The notes below the pieces were generated by a model. The model was given only the letters and a program-made list of their open reading frames with translations. It was not told the origin of the DNA and searched no databases. From NCBI GenBank assembly GCA_951406725.2, contig OX597817.1, positions 67,208,001 through 67,272,000 of the forward strand: a stretch of 64,000 bases of DNA, given 5' to 3'. Numbering within the stretch: the first letter of the stretch is position 1; each line of letters starts with the position of its first letter. The DNA is from Octopus vulgaris (taxonomy: Eukaryota). Shown here in pieces: positions 27,163 to 40,137 of this stretch. Position numbers and translations under genes: made by a program.

Positions 27163-29489
27163 TCACACATACATAAACACTCAAAAGAAAACAACATTTC
27201 TACACATAAACAATGCACACCCACACACACTCACACACAATCACTCACATACAACCGCACTCCTACCGCCACTCCAACACAGAGGAGTAACAAATTCAGC
27301 AGATACATACACTCAGCCACATACATAAAGTAACATTCCCTACTCAGCAATATACTATTAAAAACCCCAACACCACTCTAAAACAAATTTATGAATGTGA
27401 ATAATAACTTATATAGAATTATTCTATTATTAAACCATTTGAAAACGAACCTATCTATTTATCAAAGTATGTCTAAGTTATTTAATAATTAATAACAAAG
27501 AAAAGTACGATAAATAGAACACTACATAAACAACAAGATTAACATAAGGAGAATATATTATTATTCAAAAGCTTATACATATTAAAATTACAATTAGGAG
27601 ATCTTAAAAAAGTACACACCTTCTATTCAATTTTAAGTTATGAAGTGAATTTAAAAGTCTAACTATTACAGCGTTTACAAAATTACGTTACCATAGAAAT
27701 AGAATATATTTTTAATAAATTCTTTGCGCGTGATGAACGAACGTTATTTTAAAGATTATGAATGGAATAGAACGGAATAATATGTTAATCAACGTAAATA
27801 GACTAAATTTACTACAAAATTCTTTAATAAAACAATCATGATAAACGAAACCCATACATACAAATATAATGATAAAACCTCCCTTTACCATACACAATAA
27901 CAAACCTATATAGCAATCCCCCTAATCTATACATTCACACACAAATACACACACATATTTACACACACCCACAAACATATACACACTCACACATACATAT
28001 ACATATGTACAATACTCGATATATACACCAATATATTCACACCCACACCCATACAGATTAATAAATAAATAGATATACATCCATAAATATATATATATAT
28101 ATATACTTTCACACATATCATCACATACACATATATATATAAAAATACACACATTCACAAAAAATAAATAAATAAATATTTATTTATTATATGTATATAT
28201 GAGTGTGTACACAAGACGGGTGCAATCTCACGCACATTCAAACATGCATGTATACAAGTGCATAAACAAGCACACTCATTTATATAGTACTCACGCACTC
28301 CCGCATCTACACATGCACTAGTACACGCGCATACATGCATACACACCCATACATGCATATTCACGGACACCCTCCTAAACATCTATATAAACGTATATAT
28401 GGCTACAAACTATACCCAAATAAAAAAATAAAACTGCCATGATCACCATACCAAATATAATACAAGGGGATTGGAAACATTCACAATATATAGGGAACAA
28501 CCATACAAAAACATCCCTAAAAACCTAGTGGCTCCCATTCATCCAAATCAACCCGTAACAAGTTATACCCATATAAGCCATAAATTAATATTATATTATA
28601 ATAAATTAATAAATTAATGTAAATAAACAAATCTAAATACGTACATACACAAACAAACTTATATAGCAATACCCCACCCTATAAACTATTTCCCACACCC
28701 TCACATCCCAAACTAAAACTAATATTCAAACAAACCCATTCAGCAAAATTATAAAACAACCACAACACGTATACACAATATAATAAAATACCAAATTCAC
28801 ATCTGCACATATACATATATACACATAGACACATACACATACACATACACAAATACGTATATATACACACACAACTACATACAAATACATATACATACAC
28901 AAATACACATATATACTCACATACTTATATACACACATATGTACACACACCTGCAACACACACTTTTTCATACATTATACTTACTTATACATACTAAACA
29001 TACATACAATACTCGATATATACACCACTATATACACGCCCATTTCCATAAAATAATATATATCCACATATATACATATAAAATATATATATATATATAA
29101 TAAAATAAATAAATAAATAAAATAAAATAAATCTAATATAAATAAAATTGTAACTTACCAGACTCAATGTTCCATAAACAGTTATATATTAATATACATT
29201 AATAATAAATGAATTAATACAAAGAAATACCATTTATAGCCTAACTATAATTAAAACCTAAACTACATAACTAAAGAATTATAATGGTACTCTAAACACA
29301 TAAAGAGAACTTAAATACTAGGTTTCTTTATATTCAATTGTTTATAGAGGTTATTTTAGTTATTGATTATATATAGATTATATATAGATTATATATATAT
29401 ATTTTTTCATTGATAAATTTATATTATTTATAGTTTTAGTCATTTTAAATTTATATCTTAAAAATAATGATTATTTTTAGATCTGAAAT

Positions 29490-29535
29490 CCACCTGATGA
29501 ATGTCCTTAGAAGAGACACGAAACAATTGTAGTGG
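29490..29535 (+). ncRNA. Minimal type-I hammerhead ribozyme (canonical core)
   Basis: ccac-CTGATGA-a-tgtc[cttagaaga]gaca-c-GAAA-caattg-TA-gtgg; palindromic stem III, GUA cleavage triplet. Confidence 0.85.
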
Positions 29536-29638
29536 CGAATTTAATTTTATTTAATTTATATTAAACTTTTTTATGTATTGGATTAAGTCTTTCTTTGTTT
29601 GATTTGCAAAATAGTGGTTTTGTCTCTAATTAATATTA

Positions 29639-29704
<66 letters not shown>

Positions 29705-29708
<4 letters not shown>

Positions 29709-30700
29709 TATATGGGTACAGGACGTTACAAAACATAAACAACATGAAATATGAAGACAAACTTGGGTATGCGAACAACGAGAGAAGCAAATGGAAAACA
29801 AGACAAGTAACATAAAGAACGACTGTTCATCAGTTGCGGCTGTCCATCTACTCATTATTTCGAGCATTTAACGACAATATGAGGCTTCGAAAGGCAGTTT
29901 CTTCCGCGCACCAAAATATAATTCGGGATTTTCGGAGGGTCAAAATTGGTAATAAAAACAGGACAGTGGACACATACAACAAACCAAACGAAAACAAATA
30001 CGGAGGGCCGTTAGGCCAGACGAGGTGAGTTAGCGAACGCTGGAAGAATATTGTCTTTGACAAAAGAGAAAATAGAAGAGGAGACAGATAAGAATGCGTC
30101 TGGTCTGTAAGACATACTGACAGAAAAGAAAGATGAACATGTGAGGAAAAGAAAGATAGATGTTGGTCACGTGTGAGCAACGAGAGTGAGTAAAGAAGAA
30201 AGAGGGAGAGAGAGAGACAGACAGACAGATAGAAAACGGTGAAAGGGAGAAAAAAGAATTAGAGAGAGGATAAGAGAGAAAAAACGAAACGGACGCCGCT
30301 TGGCTGACCGGATCGCGGAACACCTCCGAGGCATCAGACTTGGCAACGACGCTCCGGTTTTGCGCCATTTCCGCTCTACCGGTCATTCCTTACAACATCT
30401 GTCTGTGTTCAGTTGTCCTTCCACAGGGCCATCCGGACTCCCATCTTCGCCGTAAACAGGAATTAATCTTCTCTCTTCGATCCTTTGCGCCAATGGGCTC
30501 AACTCTCCTCCCCTCTTCATCTAACAACCTCCTCTCTTCCACTCACACCTATATCCTCCCTTCACTCCCACCCACCCCTCTCCTCTCCTCTCTTGCTCTG
30601 ACACCTACTTCCTCTTTTCACTCCTACCCACCTCACCTCCTCCTTCCCACTTCCCCCTCTCTTCATTGTTACCCTCCATCGTTACCCACCCCTGAGTAAA
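29705..30700 (+). mobile_element. 5'-truncated Penelope-like element: inverted pLTR (29705-30285) + GIY-YIG endonuclease C-terminus + CT-rich 3' UTR
   Basis: 30286-30505 translates ETGRRLADRIAEHLRGIRLGNDAPVLRHFRSTGHSLQHLSVF../..RRKQELIFSLRSFAP, typical of the PLE GIY-YIG domain. The upstream segment resembles 33945-34140 and 47515-47690 in reverse orientation. Confidence 0.85.
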
Positions 30701-30924
30701 CTTATGATCATAATCATTCCTGCCATTTCCATGTCGTCCCTTATTTTATCTTGGTGTTTCTAGATAATCTTCTTTACATGTTTCCCTTTTCTAAAAGTAA
30801 TTGGGACGAAATCTATCTGTCATCTGTATGTGGTGGCTTTTTCGTTTGTATTTCTCAGTCGCATTTACCAGCAGTATGTAATCATTAACCAGACAACGAA
30901 CCGGAAAATATTCTTTTCTTCTCT

Positions 30925-31492
30925 AGGCACAATGGCTGACATTTATGGGGAGGGGCCAGTCAATTAGATCACCCCCTGTACGCAACTGCTATTTAATTTG
31001 TCGACCACGAAAGGATGAAAGGCCAAGTCGACCTCGGCGGAATTTGAACTCAGAACGTAGCGGCAGACGAAATACCTATTTCTTTACTACCCACAAGGGG
31101 CTAAACACAGAGAGGACAAACAAGGACAGACAAACGGATTAAGTCGATTATATCGGCCCCAGTGCGTAACTGGTACTAATTTAATCGACCACGAAAGGAT
31201 GAAAGGCCAAGTCGACCTCGGTGGAATTTGAACTCAGAACGTAGCGGCAGACGAAATACCTATTTCTTTACTACCCACAAGGGGCTACACACAGAGAGGA
31301 CAAAAAAGGACAGACAAACGGATTAAGTCGATTATATCGGCCCCAGTGCGTAACTGGTACTAATTTAATCGACCACGAAAGGATGAAAGGCAAAGTCGAC
31401 CTCGGCGGAATTTGAACTCAGAACGTAGCGGCAGACGAAATACCGCGAAGCATTTCGCCTGGCGTGCTAACGTTTCTGCCAGCGCACCGCCT
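30925..31492 (-). mobile_element. SINE family B with internal 184-bp tandem triplication
   Basis: ccacgaaaggatgaaaggc recurs at 31005, 31189 and 31373; the tRNA head occurs only once (~31490). Confidence 0.9.
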
Positions 31493-31926
31493 TCGAACCG
31501 GAAAATATTGGGTATAAGCTTGCCTGCATTTGACACCTTGTGGATATATGTTTGCAGTAATCCGCTCATGAATATGGCAGTGAGTGTTTCATCCGCCGTA
31601 TCACCTATCAAGCGGAAAACTACGAATTATTGATCGTGAGGACAATGACAACCACGATGACCAGGAGCGGGGTATGGTAGGGGGTTTGAGAGCTTTGGTA
31701 GTTTTGGTGATGATGGTAATGATGACATTGTAAAAGTGTGAGCATCTATACCCGGCTCTTTCAAGCTGAGTCATACAAGCATTTTTGTGCAGCTAAAAAT
31801 ACACGCAAGTGCGTGACATATTGAAGCTATCTACACACTATACGCACGCGTGCGCCTACTCACATTCATACATACATACATAGACTCACAGATATAATAT
31901 TACGTGTGTGCACGCGTGTATGTGTG

Positions 31927-31976
<50 letters not shown>

Positions 31977-32139
31977 TACATGTATGTTTATGCGCATGTA
32001 TATAAATGTATATATATATATACATATATATAAGTTAATAGATAGATAGATCGATAGAGAGAGAGAGAGAGAGAGACAGATAGAGAGACAGAGAGAGACA
32101 AAGAGAGACAGAGCGAGATAAATAGATATATCTTGCATC

Positions 32140-32530
32140 CTTTGCTTGTTTCAGTGATTGGAATCCAGCCATGATGAAGCACCTCATTGAAGAGTTTTTT
32201 TTTAACAAATCGACTCTATTCTATTTTTTAAAGTTGCGTACTGGGGTCGATGTAATCGAATGGGCCCTCCCCATTCTTTGCCGAACCGCTAGGTTACGGG
32301 GACGTATGCACACAAATACGAGTTGTTAGGCGGTGGGTGACTGTCGGTAACATGCACGACCGCGCACGCACCACACACTTCTTTCAATTTCTATGAACGA
32401 AGTCGACTTACAATGCCTTGATAGACCCAAGGCTCTAGTAGAGGACAATTGCTCAAAGTACCACGCAGTTGGATTGATCCCGAAACCATGTGATTGGGAA
32501 GCAAGCTTCTTAACACAGCTACGCTTGTCC
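32140..32530 (-). mobile_element. SINE family A, diverged
   Basis: tttgccgaaccgctaggttacggggacgta etc. match the reverse complement of family A. Confidence 0.7.
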
Positions 32531-32729
32531 CTACAAATTTCGCCTGAACACCTTGTATATATGTATTTTGTCTTTCGTACCCTACTGTAGAAGTATATTT
32601 TTGAAATATAATAAAAGGGGATAGACAATTTGCAAATAAGTAGCCAGTTTTCTGTAGCGACTGGATTTGTTGAATATGTAAACACAGTGGCTGCTTCTTT
32701 CTCTGAGATTGGTCAAATTGATGTAGCCA

Positions 32730-32770
32730 CCTCTGATGAAAGCCCAATAAGGTTCGAAAATCGTTTAAGG
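32730..32770 (+). ncRNA. Minimal type-I hammerhead ribozyme (canonical core, weak stems)
   Basis: cct-CTGATGA-a-agcc[caataa]ggtt-c-GAAA-atcgtt-TA-agg. Confidence 0.65.
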
Positions 32771-33929
32771 CTGATCATCACATTTTTCAATCTACGCAGA
32801 AACTAGTTAAATTTTCCTAGTTTATATATCTGCTACATAGGTTACATTATGTAATGATATTTCTTTTGAGCAAAATGTAGGAAGCAAGCCTTTTAACGCA
32901 ACCATGCTTGTCTCTATAAGCCATGCCATCGACAAATTTAACCTGAACACCCTATAAATATATATGTATTTTGTCTTTCTCACCCTACTGTACAAGTATA
33001 TTTCTGAAATATATTAAAGGAGGAAATTTGTATTTTGTGGAAACATCTAGTTATCTATTTGGAAGATAATTAATAGCTTGGATTGCTATATATAGTAGTA
33101 GCATAAGAAGATATAACAGAGCTAATCTCTTAGCATTGCAAATAATTCGATAGTCGACTACATAATTAATAAAACTATATATATGGAAAGCGTAAGTTAG
33201 AATACTGAAGCATGTATTATGTAGCTATATCTACAGTTAATTATTTGAAAGCATTTAGTCGAGGATATTGTAGACAATGTGAAAACATCTTATCGTAGCC
33301 TTGAGAGAAAAAATTACGAGGTATCCACTTACAAATTTGGTACAGAGATGATTGCTCCCACTTCCGTCCTGTCAATATAGTAGGGGAGAACAGTACTCTT
33401 CGGTTGCCCGGAGACCTAGCAATGTATCATTATATATATCTGTATGTTTTGTACACACACACACGAGCGCATGTATATATACGTTCAAAATATTACTGAC
33501 TGTGTGATTTAACAACGGTCCACTGTATTAAATTTATTCATATAATACTGCCTAAAATTTTAATTTTATTCTATAATATATCATAGCTACAATGTATTTA
33601 TATACCTATTATGTATCAACATACATACACACACAACCCCTCCCCACGCACATACTCAACGCTAGTAGCAGCTACCGATGATATTTAAAGAGATAATACT
33701 GTCCATGTGCAGGTGTGTTTTGAAAGGGTTTCGCCCTTTTCCATGTTACTACTTTCATTGCTATAATTTCATTTATTTTTATGTTGCACTGATTTTCCTT
33801 TGTTTTTCAATTATATATTTTTAAATATGAATTATCCATAGTTTTCGATACACATTAATATGCATTTTATAAATTCCAATTAATATTATATGCGGTTTAT
33901 AAATTCCAATTAAAATCATATACTTTTTA

Positions 33930-34136
33930 TATATTCTGAGTGCGTATATTGTTGTTAAATTTTCGAAATACGAGACTCGAAAAACAGCCAACAACTGATG
34001 AAGGGTCGTTCTTTATGTTGTTTGTTTTGTCTCCCATTTTTGTCTTTCGTTTTTCGAAAGAATAATTCATATTCCATGTACTCGTGCTTCGTACTTTTTT
34101 GTTGTACACGTTTCATGACGTCCTGTGCCTACATAT

Positions 34137-34142
<6 letters not shown>
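33930..34142 (+). mobile_element. Penelope-like pLTR fragment
   Basis: Similar to the reverse complement of 29705-29880 (tcgaaata..cagcc..caactgatgaa..gtcgttctttatgtt...acgtcctgtRcc). Confidence 0.6.
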
Positions 34143-34234
<92 letters not shown>

Positions 34235-34275
34235 GTACATATATACATATACGTATGTATATATGCATATATATA

Positions 34276-35187
34276 CAGGGTGTCCATAAAGTCTCTTTAC
34301 AATTAAAAAAAAATATTACAAAGGCAGTTGATGAGATATTTTAATCAGATTTGTTTTATTTTAATAATTGTTTATCAAAGTTTTTATTGATATTAAATTT
34401 TTGTGTTTCAGATACTCTGTTGATGGAAGGCAACTGATTCACTGAACTCCTATAAAATGAGGATGAAGCATTCCTCAAGCAAGTTTGTTTTAGTGACGAG
34501 GCGACTTTTCATGTTTCAGGGAAATTAAACAGACACAATGTGAAAATCTGGGGATCAGAACACCCCTATGTAACTAGGGAGCTTCAACGGGATAGTCCAA
34601 AAGTGAATGTGTGGTGTGGAATCATGTGTAATCGAATAATTGGTCCATTTTTCTTCAACGAGGCAACAGCAGATGTTTACCTCGACCTTCTGACCGAATA
34701 TTTGGCACCACAACTGATTGATTTACAACCAACCAACATTTTCCATCAAGATGGTGCACCACACATTGGGGACGGCATATTCGTCAGTTCCTCAATCAAG
34801 ATTTTCCAGACCAATGGATTGGAAGGGATGGGCCAATTCCATGGCCACCGCGTTCGCCAGATATCACTCCCTTGGACTTCTTGTTATGGGGTTATGTAAA
34901 AGATATGTATCAAACAAAAATATGGGACATTGCTGACTTGAAGCAAAGGATTCGTAATGCCATTGCCACCATTGATGAGGCTATCCTTCAGCGAACATGG
35001 CAAGAAATCGAGTACCGTCTTGATGTGCTTCGCGCAACTAATGGTGCCCATATTGAGGTCTATTAAATAACTATTAAAGAAACTGTAATAAATAATTATT
35101 ACAATAAAAGAAATTTGGTTAATATATCTTGTCAAATGCCTTTGTAATAAAATTTTAAAATTGTAAAGATACTTTATGGACACCCTG
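34276..35187 (+). mobile_element. Tc1/mariner DNA transposon (rosa/DD41D-like), internally deleted
   Basis: TIRs cagggtgtccataaagt..tttacaatt / aattgtaaag..actttatggacaccctg with TA flanks; FSDEATFH, VWCGI..IIGPFFF, QDGAPH, WPPRSPDITPLDFLLWGYVKD with frameshifts. Confidence 0.92.
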
Positions 35188-35191
35188 TATG

Positions 35192-35278
<87 letters not shown>

Positions 35279-35862
35279 TATATTATTGTATAACTGAACA
35301 CCACGCATCCTCTTCCAAATAAGTTTTATCTTAATAATTCTGATGTCCACTCTATACGATCTTTTTACTCGTTCGTTTTTCTCTCTTTTTCTCAGTCTTA
35401 TTCTTTTACCTGCTCCCACTATTCTATCCTATTACTCTGTCACTCTCTCTCCCTCACTCCTTCTTCCTTGCTCACGTGGCTCCCACGTGACCATCGGCCA
35501 TATTTCTTTCTTTCGCTCCGTTGTAACTGGAACAAGCAAGACGTGTTCTTGTTCGTCTCCTGTTCTAGCTTGATTCATGCGCTCACCACCACAACCTCAT
35601 TTAGGCTTAGCAGCCCTTCTTGTTTATTTTCTCGAGGATGTTTAGCACGGGGGCCTAACACTGAGTGCATTACAAAGTTGATGCCAACTTCATTTGGGCA
35701 ATATTGTCGGAATATTTTCCATGTCATACAAATGTTATAATGTTCTTGGTGGTGTTGGAGGCAATAGAGTTTCAGCTTCACAAGACAACCGAAATAATCA
35801 ATACATACATACATGCATGCATACATACATACATACATACATACTTACATACATACATACAT

Positions 35863-35899
<37 letters not shown>

Positions 35900-35935
35900 A
35901 AGACATACACACACACACATACATACATACATACA

Positions 35936-35966
<31 letters not shown>

Positions 35967-36334
35967 GTAGTCCTATATATTCCGTATATTTGTAATATTC
36001 TCTTTCTCACTTCCTTTTCCACTCTGTCTGTATATACACGCTCGCACGCGCGTACAGACACACATACGTACGCACGCACACGCACATACTCACGCATTTT
36101 ATATATTTGCATACATTTATGCATATTTTTGAAAGGCATCACCAAGATTTCTGTGATGACTAGTTGAGATTCTATTACGGAAACCATAAATTCTGAGATT
36201 AATATATGAGATTTTGCAGCGAACATGTCCTAGATGAAGCGATTAAAAATGCGAATGTACTCAGTTTTATACGATTATACATTCATGCATACTCACGCGC
36301 AAGCATACACACAACACTTATGCACGCACGCACA

Positions 36335-36376
<42 letters not shown>

Positions 36377-36588
36377 CACACACACACACACACAAATATA
36401 TATATGAATGTGCAGTTTGCTTGTACTATCTATATCAAGGTCTCTTTTGTTTATCTGTCTACCTCTGTCTGTCTCTCTCTTTCTCCCCCTCTCTGTATAT
36501 ATATATATATATATATACTTTGATAGGTTTCGGCCATTATTGGCCCAGGCCATGTCTAACTTAATAGCACCACCTGGTAAATTAATAC

Positions 36589-36682
<94 letters not shown>

Positions 36683-36864
36683 GTATATTTTTTTACACGT
36701 TTCAGCCCAAAGGCTGTGGGCATGCTCCAGGCTGAGAGATGATACGTATAAAAGAATAAAATGATATATATATTCTTTAGTATTGACTTTTCTCATTGTT
36801 CATGCCATCCCCTATATAGGCACAAATGTAAATTTGCCAAAAGAAATTGCACTTTATATTCGAG

Positions 36865-36943
36865 GCTCCGATAAAGCTATAAGGTGTTATTCAGGCACTC
36901 AACTATGAGTTCACTGTATCTAATAGCAGAAACAGCTGTAAGC
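36865..36943 (+). ncRNA. Decayed hammerhead-like motif
   Basis: gct-CCGATAA-a-gctat[..]atagc-a-GAAA-cagctg-TA-agc: all three stems present, core has two mutations. Confidence 0.45.
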
Positions 36944-36990
36944 TAATGAAGTTTATGAGGTAATCTCACTTTCTTGACAGACTTCTCTCA

Positions 36991-37062
<72 letters not shown>

Positions 37063-37166
37063 AATGGAGAAGTACTAATGAACAACAATTGACTTACATC
37101 AATTATTATTTATTAATTCAGTGCATATAGACTGCATTCCATCTAACAGCTGTTTCTGCTCCCAAT

Positions 37167-37986
37167 GTTGTATGGTATTACTATTGATATGCACAGATAA
37201 TGCAAAAATATTTATCAGATTTGGTAATAAGATCTGAAACAAGGAGCTTCATGAGAGTGAAAAATAAATAAAGAAGAAAAGCATAGAGAAGAAAAGGGAA
37301 AAGTTTTGCTTGTGTCTCTTTGGGACGTTAAGTAAAAGACTAAAACAAAATACCAATTGGTGGACTAATCCTTTGTACAGGGGGTGGGGGAAGATAGCTA
37401 AATAATAAAAAATTAAAAAAGCAATAAATAATAGTGGGATACGCCAAAAGGTTTTAGTCGGAGAAGGGGTGTAGATACAGCAAGTTCTTATATTAATCAT
37501 AATAATTTATAATAGTTGTTTGTAGAACTAATTAATAGTATTAATAAAGTGATAATCTTTATCATTATGATAAAATCTTTATTATGGTTAATACTATTAA
37601 TTAGCAATACAAACATAATTATTATAAATTATTATGGTTAATATAAAACCTTACTGTATCTACACCTCTTCTCCGACTAAAATCCATTGGCGTATCCCTC
37701 TATTATTTTTAATTTTTTATTTTTAATTATTTATCCATCCTATCCACCATCCGTACAAAGGATTAATTCACCAGTTGCTATTGTGGTTTTGCCTTTTACT
37801 TAACATCCCAAAGAGACACACAAGCAAAATGATATGATTGCAACCATATTCAGCTTTTTCTCTTTTCTTCTCTAAGCTCTTCTTTATTTATTCTTCAATC
37901 TGATGAAGCTCCTTGTTTCAGATCGGTTTTATTATCAAATATGATATTTTTGCATATTTTTGCATATCAATGGCAATACCAAACAA
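37167..37986. repeat. ~820-bp diverged palindrome centred at 37566 (fold-back of a PLE-type repeat)
   Basis: Arms pair throughout (gatctgaaacaaggagcttcat/atgaagctccttgtttcagatc; ttagtcggagaag/cttctccgactaa; gtgtagatacag/ctgtatctacac). Confidence 0.9.
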
Positions 37987-38279
37987 TACCAAACAATACC
38001 AAACAACTTTCATTCTTTCACTTTTATTTCTATTATATTTGGAATAAATGAGTAATTTACATCCTAATGTAAACAACATTACGCAGATGAAGTCTCAATA
38101 CTGAAGGGATATGAGACTTTCCCAAGATCAGCAAATGCATGCTGCAGCACGTCAAATGGAGTCTCAACACAGAAGCGACATAGAATAGCTCTCAGAATTC
38201 GTTCTTCACAATTCCTGGAGCTTCTTTCAGATATGATCCATCCCATTCTTATAAAAATGATAATTTTGTCCAAATTGGT

Positions 38280-38650
38280 GTGCTAAACTCAAATTGTCAT
38301 TTCTGCAAAGCTTTAAGATTTCCAAATGAAACTAATGGCATGTGCTGCTCAGGCGGTAAGGTAAGATTGCCAGCACTACCAGCTCCGGCTCAATCTCTTA
38401 TGGATCTTCTAGAAGGCACTTCCATCCAGTCAAAGGATTTTCTGAACAGTATCAGACAATACAACTCTGCATTTCAAATGACATCGTTTGGTGCATCTAA
38501 GAAGATAGTTGAACATAGATTTATGCCAAAGTTCAAGCGCAAGTCTATTACCTCATTCGTTCCCTGTTGCCCACAAATGAACAACCACACTTCCTCCAAA
38601 GTTACTTTATGAGTGATGTAGGACAACAAACCCAAAGGAGGTGTCAAAAC
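38280..38650 (+). mobile_element. Helitron Rep/helicase N-terminal fragment
   Basis: CHFCKALRFPNETNGMCCSGGKVRLP...FLNSIRQYNSAFQMTSFG...FMPKFK../QVYY: conserved Helitron RepHel motif. Confidence 0.9.
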
Positions 38651-38900
38651 CTCAGACGATCGGTTGTGTTAGACGCAGTGCCGGATGCCGAAAAGGAAAG
38701 TACATCCACTGACAGCTTTTCGGTGCGTTTAAAAATCCCATAACCCCCACCCCCAATTTTCCATGACAGGTTAATGGCCTGGAATACTCCAAACAGATGC
38801 ACAGCATGCTGCTTTGTCGAATTAGCCCATCATTTACTCCACAATTTTTTTGTTATCAATGGTGCACTTTCCAGTATCACCTCCTGTTTCAACATAACTG

Positions 38901-38939
<39 letters not shown>

Positions 38940-39037
38940 AGTTCAGCAAAAATTTAGATTCAAATGAATATGGTACTTAATTTAGATGCACCAGAATTCC
39001 GTGGGGTGATTCGGAGTCATTCTTGTTGCTTATTTTG

Positions 39038-39124
<87 letters not shown>

Positions 39125-39128
<4 letters not shown>

Positions 39129-39760
39129 TTTTTGGATTTCGTTTGCAAGATTCTTTATATGAGTTCGTGTGTTGAAGCATATTCTGTTGTGTCTGGGGAG
39201 AGTCGTTTTCTTTTTGTGCCTTATAATGTAACACACTCACCGGTAAAATTTACACTTTTTTCTTACTTTTATTTTCCTAAAATTTTCGTTGCGTCTTGCA
39301 ACCTTTTCAATAGTCTTGAGAGTCAAGACTATTGAAAATGTTGTGCTAGTTGTATATAAATATTGATGTTGTATTAATGTCGTCCGTCTTGGCTTCACTC
39401 ATATATAAGTGCAAACGTACATGTGCTTGTCAGTGTTTATGCATGTGTATGTTAGGGTTATATTTATCTGTATGTGTTCATACAGTGAGAATGTGTGAGT
39501 ATGTGTGTGTATGAGCGTGTGCGTGTGTGTATGTGTTTGTGCGTTGGTGTGTGTGTGTGTTCATTCATGTGTATAAGTGCTAATGAGTAAGTTCTTTATT
39601 CTCTGTGTTGGTGCTTGTTTTGTGTTCGTGCGTGTGTATGATTGTATGTGTGAGTGTGTGTATGAGGAGTTTGTGTATGACTGTACATGTGCGCATGCGT
39701 GTGTGTGTGTGTCTGTGCGTGTGTGCGAGTGTGTGCCTGTGTGAGTTCATTGATGTGCGT
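39125..39760. mobile_element. Penelope-like remnant: inverted pLTR piece followed by TG-rich tract
   Basis: Hammerhead-like motif at 39277-39313, short fold-back at 39299-39343, then TG-rich sequence resembling the interior of 26660-29305. Confidence 0.5.
39277..39313 (-). ncRNA. Hammerhead variant with U3-A8 core
   Basis: cta-TTGAAAA-g-gttgc[aagac]gcaac-GAAA-at-TT-tag. Confidence 0.55.
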
Positions 39761-40060
39761 TTATTATTCCTTTAGGATCTTTTCTATTCTGAAGCCAGTT
39801 TTTTCAAATTTTTCCTACTGAACCAAACAATTTGAAACTTCGTATACTGGTAGAATGTGTCAAAAGTAAACTTAATTGTAAACCAGAATGAAAACGGAAT
39901 TGTAACTTCTAAGTTTAACGTTGTTTAATAATTAGAATTTTAACCAATGATATTCCGTCATTCGGCTTTATTTTATTTACTCCTTCTCGACCACCAATTT
40001 CGTGACGTATTAGACATCTTAAATGTAAACAAGCTATAGTCAGCCACCTTCTAATAACAA

Positions 40061-40101
40061 AAGTTTGTCTTTGAAGTTACCGTCTAGGGGAAGCATTGAT
40101 G

Positions 40102-40137
<36 letters not shown>

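Larger units (their letters stand above)
26240..29640 (-). mobile_element. Penelope-like non-coding element: ~340-bp inverted terminal repeats with hammerheads enclosing ~2.6 kb of TG-rich sequence
   Basis: 26325-26662 is a near-perfect reverse complement of 29305-29640; each arm has a hammerhead; both ends abut (TA)n. Confidence 0.75.

Noticed and set aside
29820-29910. tcgaaa...caactgatgaa motif (also ~33960, ~47550, ~61770) as a type II hammerhead
   Set aside because: The core words are present but consistent stems I-III could not be drawn across the copies; needs a family consensus.
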